From: an uncultured Chloroflexia bacterium
Lineage (GTDB): Bacteria; Chloroflexota; Chloroflexia; Thermomicrobiales; Thermomicrobiaceae
Assembly: GCA_963815715.1 (NCBI GenBank)
Contig: CAWFHU010000015.1
Location: 111,933 to 175,932 of the forward strand
DNA: 64,000 bases
Direction: 5' to 3'
Shown here: piece after piece, positions 48,024 to 57,438 of the stretch
Layout of the letters: each line of letters starts with the position of its first letter
Position numbering within the stretch: position 1 is the first letter of the stretch
Program-made: the position numbers and the translations under genes
Notes under the pieces: generated by a model
The model's database searches: none
What the model saw: only the letters and a program-made list of their open reading frames with translations
What the model was told of the DNA's origin: nothing

Positions 48024-48607
48024 GACGGCTCGTCATCCTCCATCGTCCGATACACTTTCCGGAACTCTTCTCGGCCCCGGAAAAGCACGGACTTAACCGC
48101 GGAACGCGACAGCCCCATGATCTCGCCGATGTCTTCGCAAGACATCCCCTCGTATTCGCGCAGAACGAGGGCCATGCGGTTGCGATCGCTCATGAGGTTC
48201 AGCACACGCTGTACGATGACCTGGGTCTCACTGCTGATAGCGTTGCGCTCTGGGTCATCCAGAGGCTTGCCATGCAGCAAGTGCTCATGCTTATGCGATT
48301 CCCAGGGCATCCAGCGGATGCGCTGACGGCGGCGGAGGACATCTAGACATGCGTTGGAAGCAATTCGATGCAGCCAGGCCGACACGTTGAGATCCAGCGA
48401 CGTCTGCGGGAGCGCCTTGTAGGCTCGAATGAAGCATTCTTGCGTCAGATCATTCGCGTCTTCCGGATTACCCATCATGCGATAGATGAATCCGTAGATC
48501 TGTCGCTCATATCGCTGGAATATGACTTCGAACGCTGCCTGGTCGCCTTCTTTCGCTCGGCTTACCCAAGTGGCCTCGTCAACTGGAACAGCCACATAGC
48601 CACTCAT
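47987..48607 (-). CDS. ECF-type RNA polymerase sigma factor
   Basis: 206 aa. Region 2 (FEVIFQRYERQIYGFIYRMMGNPEDANDLTQECFIRAY) and region 4 HTH (MSCEDIGEIMGLSRSAVKSVLFRGR). Confidence 0.85.
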   Translation of the reverse strand: MSGYVAVPVDEATWVSRAKEGDQAAFEVIFQRYERQIYGFIYRMMGNPEDANDLTQECFIRAYKALPQTSLDLNVSAWLHRIASNACLDVLRRRQRIRWMPWESHKHEHLLHGKPLDDPERNAISSETQVIVQRVLNLMSDRNRMALVLREYEGMSCEDIGEIMGLSRSAVKSVLFRGREEFRKVYRTMEDDEPSCSGENVSPSDH

Positions 48608-48880
48608 GCGAGGTCCTCCGTACCCTAACCCTTAAACGTACGCTGATCGTCGCGGTTGTGGAGCGAAGAAAGTAACAACTGAGAGTGGCATGCGCTCCGG
48701 TCCGCTGCTCATTGGGTTGTTCATAAACACCATACCGAATTCACCAGCGGAGCGCAATCAAACGACCCTAATCTGATATACAACTGACACGCGAATTCCC
48801 CTGAAGTTTCCCGATGCTACAATTATCGTCAGTCTTCACCCGATTGCAAGAGCCCGCGCGTCCTGGATTGGACTGAATTC

Positions 48881-50764
48881 ATGGCAAATCCGTTCGTCGA
48901 GCGTCTAGGACGTGGCGTCATATTGTGTGACGGCGCGATGGGAACGCTCCTCTACGAGCGCGGCATTCCCTTTGATACCTGCTTCGATGAGGTGAACCTC
49001 AGTCATCCCTCGCTGGTTGTCGACATTCACCGAGAATATATCGCGGCTGGTTCTGAAATTATTGAAACCAACTCCTTTGGTGCCAACCGATTCAAACTGG
49101 AGCAATTTGGCCTGTCTGGGCAGGTCCGCGAGATCAACCGCAAAGCGGCACGAAACGCCCGCGAGGCGCGTGAGATCTCCGGACAACCGGTCCTTGTCGC
49201 CGGTTCTGTTGGCCCAACAGGCCGTACGCTGCCACCGATCGGGACCGCGAATCCCGATCAGGTGCGTGCCGCGTTTCGTGAGCAGATTTCCGCGCTCCTT
49301 GAAGGAGGTGTCGATCTTCTCATCATCGAGACGATCCCATCACTCGCCGAAATGACCGAGGCGATCCACGCAGCTCGCGAGGTCTCCGATTTGCCGATCG
49401 TGGCGCAGATGACCTTCACCCGGGATGGACGGACCATCGGTGGAAGTTCACCGCGCGAGGTCGTGGCAACGCTGGGGGAGCTCGCCCCGAACGTTATTGG
49501 CGTCAACTGCAGCGTTGGTCCACGCCACACGATGGAAGTGCTGACGTCGTTCCGCAGAATCGCGGGAGCCAAGGTGCACATCTCTGGGCAGCCGAACGCC
49601 GGTTGGCCGATGGACGTCGGTGGCCGTGTCATCTATCCGTCGTCGCCGGAGTATTTCGCGCAGTATGCGCGCGAAGCCGCCGACGAGGGCCTGGCGATTG
49701 TGGGGGGCTGTTGCGGCACGACGCCCACGCACATTCGGTCCATGCGTGAGGCGTTGGATTCCTTGCGGATCGTTCAACCTGGTCGAGAACAGGATCGAAT
49801 CGAGCTCGGACAGACACGCCAACGTGAGCTTTTGGCGCCTGACGGACCCACGACATTCGCTCAGAAGCTGGGAAGTGAATTCGTCGTCAGCGTCGAAATA
49901 GACCCGCCCAAGGGACTCAACCCACGCAAGTCGCTGGCTGGGGCGCAGCTTTTGAAGGACTCTGGCGTCGACTTCATCAACATCGCCGACAGCCCGATGG
50001 CACGCGTCCGCATGAGCGCCCTCACGCTCTGCTACCTGATCCAGAACCACGTGGGCGTCGAAACGATCCTGCACTTCACGACACGTGATCGAAACCTGAT
50101 GGGCTTGCAGTCGGATCTGATCGGTGCCCATGCGCTCGGCGTGCGCAACATCATCGCGTTGACTGGCGATCCTCCGAGCCTCGGCGACTATCCGAATGCG
50201 ACGCCGGTCTATGACGTCGATTCGATCGGTCTGGTCCGCGTCATCAAGTCGTTCAATCAGGGCGTCGACGCTGCCGGGGCATCCATTGGGCAAATGGCCA
50301 GCTTCACCGTAGCCGTGGCCGCCGATCCGACGCGGCCCGACCTTGAGGAGGAAGCCCGTCGACTGAACCGAAAGGTCGAAGCAGGCGCGGACCTCATCAT
50401 GACTCAACCGGTCTTCGACATCTCGATCTGGACCACCTTCGAGAATATGTATACGTCGATGTTCGGAGAGATCGCGGTCCCCGTTTTGCTCGGCGTTCTC
50501 CCATTGCAGAGCCATCGGCACGCCGAGTTCCTGCACAACGAAGTTCCCGGCATCACACTGACTAACGAAGCACGCGAGCGGATGCGCATCGCGGGAAGCG
50601 AAGGACGCAAGGAGGGGGTTAGACTGGCCCAGGAGCTCCTTCGTTCGGCGCGCGACGTCGTCCACGGCGTCTACATCATGCCGTCGTTTGGTCGGTATGA
50701 GGTTGCCGCGGAAGTTCTGGACGTACTGGGCGATCGCAGCCTCTCCGCTCGTTTGCTCGCCTGA
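48881..50764 (+). CDS. bifunctional homocysteine S-methyltransferase / 5,10-methylenetetrahydrofolate reductase
   Basis: 627 aa. The Hcy-binding domain has Zn ligands (GVNCSVGP, GGCCGTTP). It is followed by an MTHFR domain (VSVEIDPPKG, HFTTRDRN, ALTGDPP, MTQPVFD). Confidence 0.85.
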   Translation: MANPFVERLGRGVILCDGAMGTLLYERGIPFDTCFDEVNLSHPSLVVDIHREYIAAGSEIIETNSFGANRFKLEQFGLSGQVREINRKAARNAREAREISGQPVLVAGSVGPTGRTLPPIGTANPDQVRAAFREQISALLEGGVDLLIIETIPSLAEMTEAIHAAREVSDLPIVAQMTFTRDGRTIGGSSPREVVATLGELAPNVIGVNCSVGPRHTMEVLTSFRRIAGAKVHISGQPNAGWPMDVGGRVIYPSSPEYFAQYAREAADEGLAIVGGCCGTTPTHIRSMREALDSLRIVQPGREQDRIELGQTRQRELLAPDGPTTFAQKLGSEFVVSVEIDPPKGLNPRKSLAGAQLLKDSGVDFINIADSPMARVRMSALTLCYLIQNHVGVETILHFTTRDRNLMGLQSDLIGAHALGVRNIIALTGDPPSLGDYPNATPVYDVDSIGLVRVIKSFNQGVDAAGASIGQMASFTVAVAADPTRPDLEEEARRLNRKVEAGADLIMTQPVFDISIWTTFENMYTSMFGEIAVPVLLGVLPLQSHRHAEFLHNEVPGITLTNEARERMRIAGSEGRKEGVRLAQELLRSARDVVHGVYIMPSFGRYEVAAEVLDVLGDRSLSARLLA

Positions 50765-50848
50765 CGGCTCGGCTGCTATACTCCGCAGGTCCCGCGTTGG
50801 GCGGGGTAGGCGTGCCTTCGATCAACGCGAACACGGAGCAGAGGGTTC

Positions 50849-51220
50849 ATGGTAGACGTAATCAAGAGCATCGAACGCGAACAATTGAGGGATGACGTTC
50901 CACATTTTGGTCCCGGCGATACAGTGCGCGTGCATGTGAAAGTCGTTGAGGGCACACGGGAGCGCGTTCAGCCGTTCGAGGGTGTTGTGATTCGGCGCCG
51001 TGGCGGCGGAATCAACGAGAATTTCACGGTGCGCCGTATCGCGTCCCACGGCATTGGAGTCGAGCGAACGTTCCCGATCCACGCTCCGCGAGTAGACCGC
51101 ATCGAAGTGCTACGCAATGGTCGCGTCCGACGCGCCCGCCTCTATTTCTTGCGTGGTCGAACGGGTCGCGCGGCGCGAATCCGCGAGCGTCGCCGTCCTC
51201 AGGGAAGCTACATGCGCTAG
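50849..51220 (+). CDS. rplS: 50S ribosomal protein L19
   Basis: 123 aa. [29 protein letters not shown]...[18 protein letters not shown]. Confidence 0.95.
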   Translation: MVDVIKSIEREQLRDDVPHFGPGDTVRVHVKVVEGTRERVQPFEGVVIRRRGGGINENFTVRRIASHGIGVERTFPIHAPRVDRIEVLRNGRVRRARLYFLRGRTGRAARIRERRRPQGSYMR

Positions 51221-51295
51221 GCACTGCGCTCGCATTGAGTTAGATTCGGTTCACGCGGCGCCGCATGCGCCGCGTCGTCATATGCGGGAGGCGGC

Positions 51296-51952
51296 GTGCC
51301 CGAGATCCAGGTGCCAGACACGACGCTTGAAGCGACTCATTGGAGCCGTGGTCTGACGCTCGTCGCCGGTGTCGACGAGGTCGGTCGTGGATGTCTCGCT
51401 GGGCCGGTCGTCGCCGCGGCCTGCATTCTCCCCCCAGACATTATCGAGGTTGTTGGTGTGCGCGATTCCAAGACGCTTTCAGGGTCCCGGCGGCGCGAGC
51501 TGGCTGAGGTGATTCGGCGAAGTGCTCTCGCAACCTCAGTCGGGGCCGCATCGCGACGAGAGATCGACCAATTCGATATTCGCGTCGCCACGACGATGGC
51601 GATGCGCCGCGCGTTGGATCGACTTGGCTCCTGGCAACACGCCATCATCGATGGACCACTGATGCGCGAGTTCAAGGACGGTCCCTTCACCGGGGTTGTG
51701 GACGGGGACGCTCTGTGTCTTTCGGTTGCCTGCGCCTCGATCCTGGCCAAAGAAGCACGTGACGCGCTGATGCGTCGGTTGGCGTGCCGTCATCCCGAAT
51801 ACGACTGGGATCACAATGTCGGGCTACGGCACGGCGGCAGCACCTGGACGGCATTGCGGCGCTACGGGCCGACGCCGCATCATCGTCGGTCATTCAGACC
51901 GGTGCGCGAGCTGATTGATTCGATCGGCTCCGAGATGGATTCGGTCGGGTGA
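51296..51952 (+). CDS. rnhB: ribonuclease HII (contains a short out-of-frame patch at 51821-51851)
   Basis: 218 aa. [44 protein letters not shown]. The conserved GYGT..H segment is only recovered in another frame (see findings). Confidence 0.85.
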   Translation: [218 protein letters not shown]

Positions 51953-52324
51953 GCGGTCGCAAACGAGCCCTTGGTGACGCGGGTGAGCGGCTGGCTGAGC
52001 GCCGAATCGGTGATTTGGGTTGGAGCGTTATCGATCGAAACTGGCGAGTGAGGGGCGGCGAGATCGACCTGATCGCGCTCGACGGCGAGGTGCTCGTGTT
52101 CGTCGAAGTGAAGACCCGTCGAGGCGCCGTTCGCGGAACCGCCGAGGAAGCCATCGACGACGCCAAAGCTGAGCGGCTGCTTGTCGCTGGGCGAGCAGTA
52201 TGTCGCCGAGCATCTGGAACATCTGGATCGGGTCTGGCGTGTGGATCTGGTCGCGATCACGATTGGGCCGTCTGGCGCCGTCCAGCGCATCTCTCACGTT
52301 CGAAACGCCTGCAGCACCGGTTGA
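51949..52324 (+). pseudogene. YraN family endonuclease (UPF0102), frameshifted at 52183
   Basis: GEIDLIALDGEVLVFVEVKTRR core in ORF 51949..52356. Skipping g52183 gives the expected end ..KAERLLSLGEQYVAEHLEHLDRVWRVDLVAITIGPSGAVQRISHVRNA, stop 52322-52324. Confidence 0.75.
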
Positions 52325-52339
52325 TGAAAGGGGCCACGC

Positions 52340-52850
52340 ATGAGCGCGTCCGTTGAGGAGCATCGATCTCAGGCGCCGGATCACGTTCGCTGCGCCGTCA
52401 TCACGGTGAGTGACACCCGCACCGAAGAGACCGACCGGAGCGGTCAGCTGATTAAACATGCGACTTACCGAGAACGGTCACGAGATCGTCCACTATCGGA
52501 TCGTGAAGGATGAGCCTGACCAGATCGACGGCATCCTCACGGAATTGGTCGCTCGCGGCGACTGTGATGCCGTCATCTTCAATGGCGGTACGGGCATCGC
52601 TCGGCGTGACACCACCTACGATACCGTCAGCCGCCGCCTCGAGAAGCAGCTCGATGGCTTTGGCGAGATTTTTCGCATGTTGAGCTTCGACGAGATTGGT
52701 GCGGCCGCCATGCTCAGTCGTGCTACGGCCGGTGTCATCGGGGACACTGTCGTCTTCCTTACTCCGGGTTCCTCCAACGCGGTCGGACTTGCCATGGAAA
52801 AGTTGATCCTGCCAGAAATCGCGCACGTCGTTTTCGAAATGCGCAAATAG
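52340..52850 (+). pseudogene. moaB: molybdenum cofactor biosynthesis protein B (MoaB/MogA family), frameshifted at 52463
   Basis: ATG 52340 gives [41 protein letters not shown]. Skipping a52463 continues into ORF 52458..52850 ([17 protein letters not shown]...[13 protein letters not shown]...LTPGSSNAV). Confidence 0.8.
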
Positions 52851-52982
52851 GTTCGCCCCTGTCACTCTCTCGAACTTTGATGTTGCGCACCTCGCGAGCC
52901 GACGCGAGACGGTGTGTCGCAGGCCCTTTGGTATCATGGGCTGCGCTCTTGATGCTGGCGTCGCGATGGAGGGACGAATCAC

Positions 52983-54323
52983 ATGCCGAACCGTGATGGC
53001 GGAAACAAACTACGCAAACCGCAGGTGCTCAAAGGGATGCGAGATTTCCTGCCCGATCAGATGCTCCTTCGCCAGCACGTCATCGGCGCATTCGAGTCGG
53101 TCTTCCAGCGCTACGGATTCGAGCCTATCGACACCCCGGAGCTCGAGTACATCGAGGCGTTGACCGGGAAATACGGCGAAGACGAGAAGCTGATTTATCA
53201 CTTCGAAGATCACGGCGGACGCGAGGTCGGGTTACGCTACGATCTGACCGTACCGCTGGCTCGCTTCGTCGCCACGCATCGTCATGAACTGACCTTCCCG
53301 TTCAAGCGCTATCACATCGCGCCAGTCTTTCGCGCCGATCGACCGCAACGTGGCCGCTATCGCCAATTCTGGCAGTGTGACGTCGACACTGTCGGCACGT
53401 CGTCGATGCTGGCCGACGCCGAAGTGCTGATGGTCTGGATGGACTGCCTCAAGGCCGTCAACATGCCCAACTTCGTGGTGCAGATCAATCACCGCAAGCT
53501 GCTCCAGAGCCTAGCCGCGTTCGCCGGTGTTCCGGCGGACCAGACGCCGACCATTCACCGAGCCATCGACAAGCTCGACAAGATCGGCCGCGACGGCGTC
53601 AAAGAGGAGATGCTGCGACACGAAGTGCCGGCCGACGCCGCGGACAAAGTTCTCGACCTGGTCGCGCTTTCGGGCAATCCAGGCGAGGTGTTGGCGGAAC
53701 TGCGCGAACGGCTGGGCGGCATCGACACCGCACGCGAAGGAATCGACGAGCTTGAGTCGCTCTTCACGTATCTCGCCGAGATGTCGGCCGATCCGCGGCA
53801 CTATGCGCTGAATCTGGCGCTGGCTCGTGGGCTCGACTATTACACCGGGCCGGTGTTCGAAGCCACCGCGACCGAAGCCAATATCGGATCGCTGGGTGGG
53901 GCGGGGCGCTATGACGGACTGATCGGAATGTTCCTGGGCGAAGACATCCCGGCCACTGGTGCATCGCTGGGCCTAGAGCGCATCGTCGACGTGATACAGG
54001 AACTGAATCTCCTGCCGCCTCGAGCAACGGTCACCGATGTGATGGTGACCATCTTCAACGAAGAGATGCTGGCGTCTTCGCTCAGTTTGGTAGGTCAGCT
54101 TCGCCGCGATGGTGTGGCCGCCGAGATCTATTTGGAACCACAGCGCGATCTGCGGCGCCAGGTGCAATACGCCAACAAGCGTGGCATCCCAATCGTCGCG
54201 TTCCTGGGTCCAGATGAATTGTCCAAAGGCGAGGTCAACCTGCGCGTGATGGAGTCGGGCGAGCAGACCACGGTCAAACAGAGCGATGCCGCGGCCGCGA
54301 TCTCACGTTTGGCCGGAGCCTGA
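52983..54323 (+). CDS. hisS: histidine--tRNA ligase
   Basis: 446 aa. KGMRDFLP, YHIAPVFRADRPQRGRYRQFWQCD, GGGRYDGL, and the anticodon-binding domain. Confidence 0.9.
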   Translation: MPNRDGGNKLRKPQVLKGMRDFLPDQMLLRQHVIGAFESVFQRYGFEPIDTPELEYIEALTGKYGEDEKLIYHFEDHGGREVGLRYDLTVPLARFVATHRHELTFPFKRYHIAPVFRADRPQRGRYRQFWQCDVDTVGTSSMLADAEVLMVWMDCLKAVNMPNFVVQINHRKLLQSLAAFAGVPADQTPTIHRAIDKLDKIGRDGVKEEMLRHEVPADAADKVLDLVALSGNPGEVLAELRERLGGIDTAREGIDELESLFTYLAEMSADPRHYALNLALARGLDYYTGPVFEATATEANIGSLGGAGRYDGLIGMFLGEDIPATGASLGLERIVDVIQELNLLPPRATVTDVMVTIFNEEMLASSLSLVGQLRRDGVAAEIYLEPQRDLRRQVQYANKRGIPIVAFLGPDELSKGEVNLRVMESGEQTTVKQSDAAAAISRLAGA

Positions 54324-54327
54324 CCAA

Positions 54328-55245
54328 TTGATCGTTCGACTCGGAAATAGCGGGTCTCCACGCTGGTACGACGCACCCAATCGAGGTTTCCATGCATACC
54401 TCGATCGCCTGGTCGAGTGGGGTGCGACGTCGGCGGAAGTGGTGCTGCATCACGGCCCATATGACGAGCGCACGGCGCGCGTTCACGTCGTCGATCCACA
54501 ATGGCAGGCAACGGTTCGGGCCTATCAAGAGCGCGGAATCGCTGTGCAGATCCACATCTCGCTCGATGCGCGTTTCGGCACGGCGCGCTGGCGTGTCGAT
54601 CGTGAAGGATTGATGCGCGAATTCGAGCCGATCATTGGGCTGACGAGTGAGATAACGGAGCTACAGGAGCGGGTCGCGATTGTGATTCATGGCGCTGCTG
54701 ACCCGACTGCGTTGCTGTTCGAGAATGAGGACGCGACGGCCGGTCTGCTTGACTGGCTTTCGTCTGAGATCACCACGCGAAAGTTGCCAGCCTTTGCCGC
54801 GGTCGAGCTCGGCGCGGCGAAACCGGGTCGAGAATCGGCCGCCGCTCGCTGCAGGGCCTCGGTGCTACGCATCGTCCGCAAGGTGGATTCGAATCGAGTC
54901 GGAATCTGCTGGGACATGGCGCACGATCGCGAGAATGCTGCCAGCGAGACAGACTGGCGTGTCGACCCTGGGGATGAATTCCTGAACAACGTCGTTCACG
55001 TACATCTCCACGACATCGGCGACGATGGACTGGCGCACTACCCGCTCGTTTTGGGCACGGTTCCGTTTGTCGAACAGCTGGGATGTCTTTCCAGGATCGG
55101 TCCGCTGCCCTCGATGACCATGGAAGTTCGTTGGTACTGCGCGAGTCGCCTCGGCGATCCATGGAAGATGCTGGGAGAGAGTTATGACGTAGCCTGGGCC
55201 ACGATCGACCAATCGACCAGTAGCGCGGAGCGACGTCGAGCGTAG
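54328..55245 (+). CDS. xylose isomerase-like TIM-barrel protein (sugar phosphate isomerase/epimerase family)
   Basis: About 305 aa. The alternating pattern with VVLHHG, IAVQIHIS, VAIVIHG, ICWDMAHD, VHVHLHD suggests this fold. The assignment is tentative. TTG 54328 is preferred to avoid overlap with hisS. Confidence 0.45.
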   Translation: MIVRLGNSGSPRWYDAPNRGFHAYLDRLVEWGATSAEVVLHHGPYDERTARVHVVDPQWQATVRAYQERGIAVQIHISLDARFGTARWRVDREGLMREFEPIIGLTSEITELQERVAIVIHGAADPTALLFENEDATAGLLDWLSSEITTRKLPAFAAVELGAAKPGRESAAARCRASVLRIVRKVDSNRVGICWDMAHDRENAASETDWRVDPGDEFLNNVVHVHLHDIGDDGLAHYPLVLGTVPFVEQLGCLSRIGPLPSMTMEVRWYCASRLGDPWKMLGESYDVAWATIDQSTSSAERRRA

Positions 55246-55258
55246 TGGTTTGCGGCGC

Positions 55259-56500
55259 TCAATCGTCAGATGGCTCGATGGCGTTGTCTGGGGAGCGGGA
55301 AAGGCGATCGGATGCAGTCGCCGTCGACGGGGCAACGCTCCATCCGAGCGCTTCCTGGTATATGTCCAAGAGATCGTCAACGCGCTCGGACCAGGACATC
55401 TCGCGAACGGCGCGACTCCTCAGGCCCGTTGATAATTCAGCCGCGAACTGTGGACGACTGAGCACGTTGGTGACGCCTCGCGCCAGGTCGTCGGCGTCGC
55501 CGAGCCGAGCGTAGACACCGAGGTCTCCGAGGATTTCGCGGTTTGGCACCGCGTCAAACGCGACCACCGGCAGTCCCATCGACATGTAGTTGTAAATCTT
55601 GCCGTTGCCTTCAGTGAGGGACATCTTTGGCGCTACGGCAACGTCGCCAAGCGCGAGGTACCGATGCGCCTCAGTGTAGGGAATTCGTCCCGGAAAGCTG
55701 ACGTGTCCGGCCAAACCGAGCTCTTCGGCCATGCGCTGATAACGTTCGACACCCGGAAAGCCCATCAGCAAGAAGAAGACGTCCGGCATCTCTTCGCGAA
55801 TGCGCCGAGCGGCGTTCAGCAGCAGATCGGTCCCCTGATAGGGAGCCAACAATCCGAGGTAGACCACCACCTTGCTCGACACAGGAATCCCCAACCGCTC
55901 TTTGAGCGCCCGGCGCTCATCCCCGGTGAGTGCGTCCGGTGAAAACCGTTGGGTATCGACGGCATCGAAAACCGTGCGAACACGCGTCTTGGGTTCAATG
56001 CTCAGCAACCGCCGATGCGCGTTTTCGCTGCTCGTTACGATCACGTCGGGCATCCGGTCGATCTGCCGCTCCAGTCGCTTGAGCCACGGGAGAATGCGAC
56101 CTTCTTTGTGCACGAAACCATGGTCGAGCATTTCCTCGGTGAGGCTGCCCTGATAGTCGAAGACGAGCGGTTTGCGTAGCAGGCGAGCGACCGTTCCACC
56201 GATCAGCGCGCCCTCGTGAAGATGTGCATGAATGAGGTCTGGCTTGAAGGATCGTGCCGTGCGCAATGTCGTGACGGAGAGCGCGCCATCGAGATAGAGC
56301 TTGTGGCGTGACGACCCGACGATGACGCGCTTGCGCCAAGGGACGTCGATTGAGCGGCGAATAAAAACACCCGGAACGTCGTTACCATTGTGATAGGTGC
56401 ATATCGCGACCTCGTGATGGCGTGCGCTCAACGCGCGGACCTCTTCGAGGATCCGTACGTGGCACCCGTAATCGGCGAAGAATGAGGTCGGCGCGACCAT
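55259..56500 (-). CDS. glycosyltransferase family 4
   Basis: 413 aa. GT-B fold with N-terminal FFADYGCHVRILEEVRALSARHHEV and a C-terminal nucleotide-sugar domain (VVVYLGLLAPYQGTDLL..., LTEGNGKIYNYMSMGLPVVAFD). Confidence 0.8.
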   Translation of the reverse strand: MVAPTSFFADYGCHVRILEEVRALSARHHEVAICTYHNGNDVPGVFIRRSIDVPWRKRVIVGSSRHKLYLDGALSVTTLRTARSFKPDLIHAHLHEGALIGGTVARLLRKPLVFDYQGSLTEEMLDHGFVHKEGRILPWLKRLERQIDRMPDVIVTSSENAHRRLLSIEPKTRVRTVFDAVDTQRFSPDALTGDERRALKERLGIPVSSKVVVYLGLLAPYQGTDLLLNAARRIREEMPDVFFLLMGFPGVERYQRMAEELGLAGHVSFPGRIPYTEAHRYLALGDVAVAPKMSLTEGNGKIYNYMSMGLPVVAFDAVPNREILGDLGVYARLGDADDLARGVTNVLSRPQFAAELSTGLRSRAVREMSWSERVDDLLDIYQEALGWSVAPSTATASDRLSRSPDNAIEPSDD

Positions 56501-56650
56501 CAGTATGCGGAGTCGCCGGTCCGTCGTCTGCGAGTTGTTCGTTGCGCGGTCGATATCTCGTTCCTTCCCTGCACAGGATTGTACGCCGGGAGGATCACGA
56601 AGGCAGAACGAACGAGTGGTTTGCTGATTGCGTCAAACACTGGCCGGATC

Positions 56651-56679
56651 TTGACTGACGTCGCCGTCTGGTCAATATT
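56651..56679 (+). promoter_or_regulatory. candidate promoter of the PIG-L deacetylase gene
   Basis: TTGACT (56651-56656), 17 nt, AATATT (56674-56679). Confidence 0.35.
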
Positions 56680-56732
56680 CGCTTCGGGAATGGTTTTGTC
56701 GGTTTTTGAGAGAGGGAGACTCGGTCATCGGT

Positions 56733-57428
56733 ATGGAGAACGAAGAATTTCAAACGATCATGGTCGTGGTCGCGCACCCGGACGACATGGAGTTTAGCTC
56801 GTCTGGGACGGTGGCCAAGTTCTCGAAAGAGGGGCGTAAGGTCATCCTGGTGCAGTCGACGTCGGGCGACAAAGGAACTGCTAGGCGCGATATCAGCTCC
56901 GAGGATCTTGCTTCTCTACGGGAGAGCGAAGAGCAGGAAGCCTGTCGCCGCTTAGGCGTTTCGGACATCGTCTTCCTTCGCATGGGCGACGGCGAGCTGA
57001 TGCCGGACCTCAACTTCCGCGAGAAGGTTGTGCGACAGATTCGCACGTTCCGACCAGACGTGGTGATCACCCACGATCCATTCCGGCCGTATTCACTTCA
57101 TCCCGATCATCGGGCCGTAGGCATCACGACGGTCGACTCGGTCTATCCGACCGCGCGTGATCCTCTCTACTTCCCGGAGCATCTCGAGGCCGGACTCGAG
57201 CCGCACAAGGTCGCTGAGCTTTGGCTCTTCGGGTCGGAATATCCGGACACGTTCATCGATATCACCGACACGTTCGCCGACAAAATCAACGCATTGAAGG
57301 CGCACGAGAGCCAGGTCGGTGCGGCCGAAACGCTCGAGGAGCGCCTGCGCGAACGCGCGCACTCGGTCGGTGAGCCCCAGAACATCGAGCTTGCCGAGGC
57401 CTTCAAGGTCATCAAGATGCGCCGCTAG
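56733..57428 (+). CDS. PIG-L (LmbE-like) family deacetylase
   Basis: 231 aa from ATG 56733. VVVAHPDDMEFSSSG and the HPDHRAVG metal-binding motifs. Confidence 0.8.
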   Translation: MENEEFQTIMVVVAHPDDMEFSSSGTVAKFSKEGRKVILVQSTSGDKGTARRDISSEDLASLRESEEQEACRRLGVSDIVFLRMGDGELMPDLNFREKVVRQIRTFRPDVVITHDPFRPYSLHPDHRAVGITTVDSVYPTARDPLYFPEHLEAGLEPHKVAELWLFGSEYPDTFIDITDTFADKINALKAHESQVGAAETLEERLRERAHSVGEPQNIELAEAFKVIKMRR

Positions 57429-57438
57429 CGAAGGATAT

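Noticed and set aside
48608-48880. Possible SAM (S-box) riboswitch upstream of the Hcy-methyltransferase/MTHFR fusion gene
   Set aside because: B. subtilis yitJ has one. Here I could not find the conserved S-box core, and the hairpins present are unremarkable.
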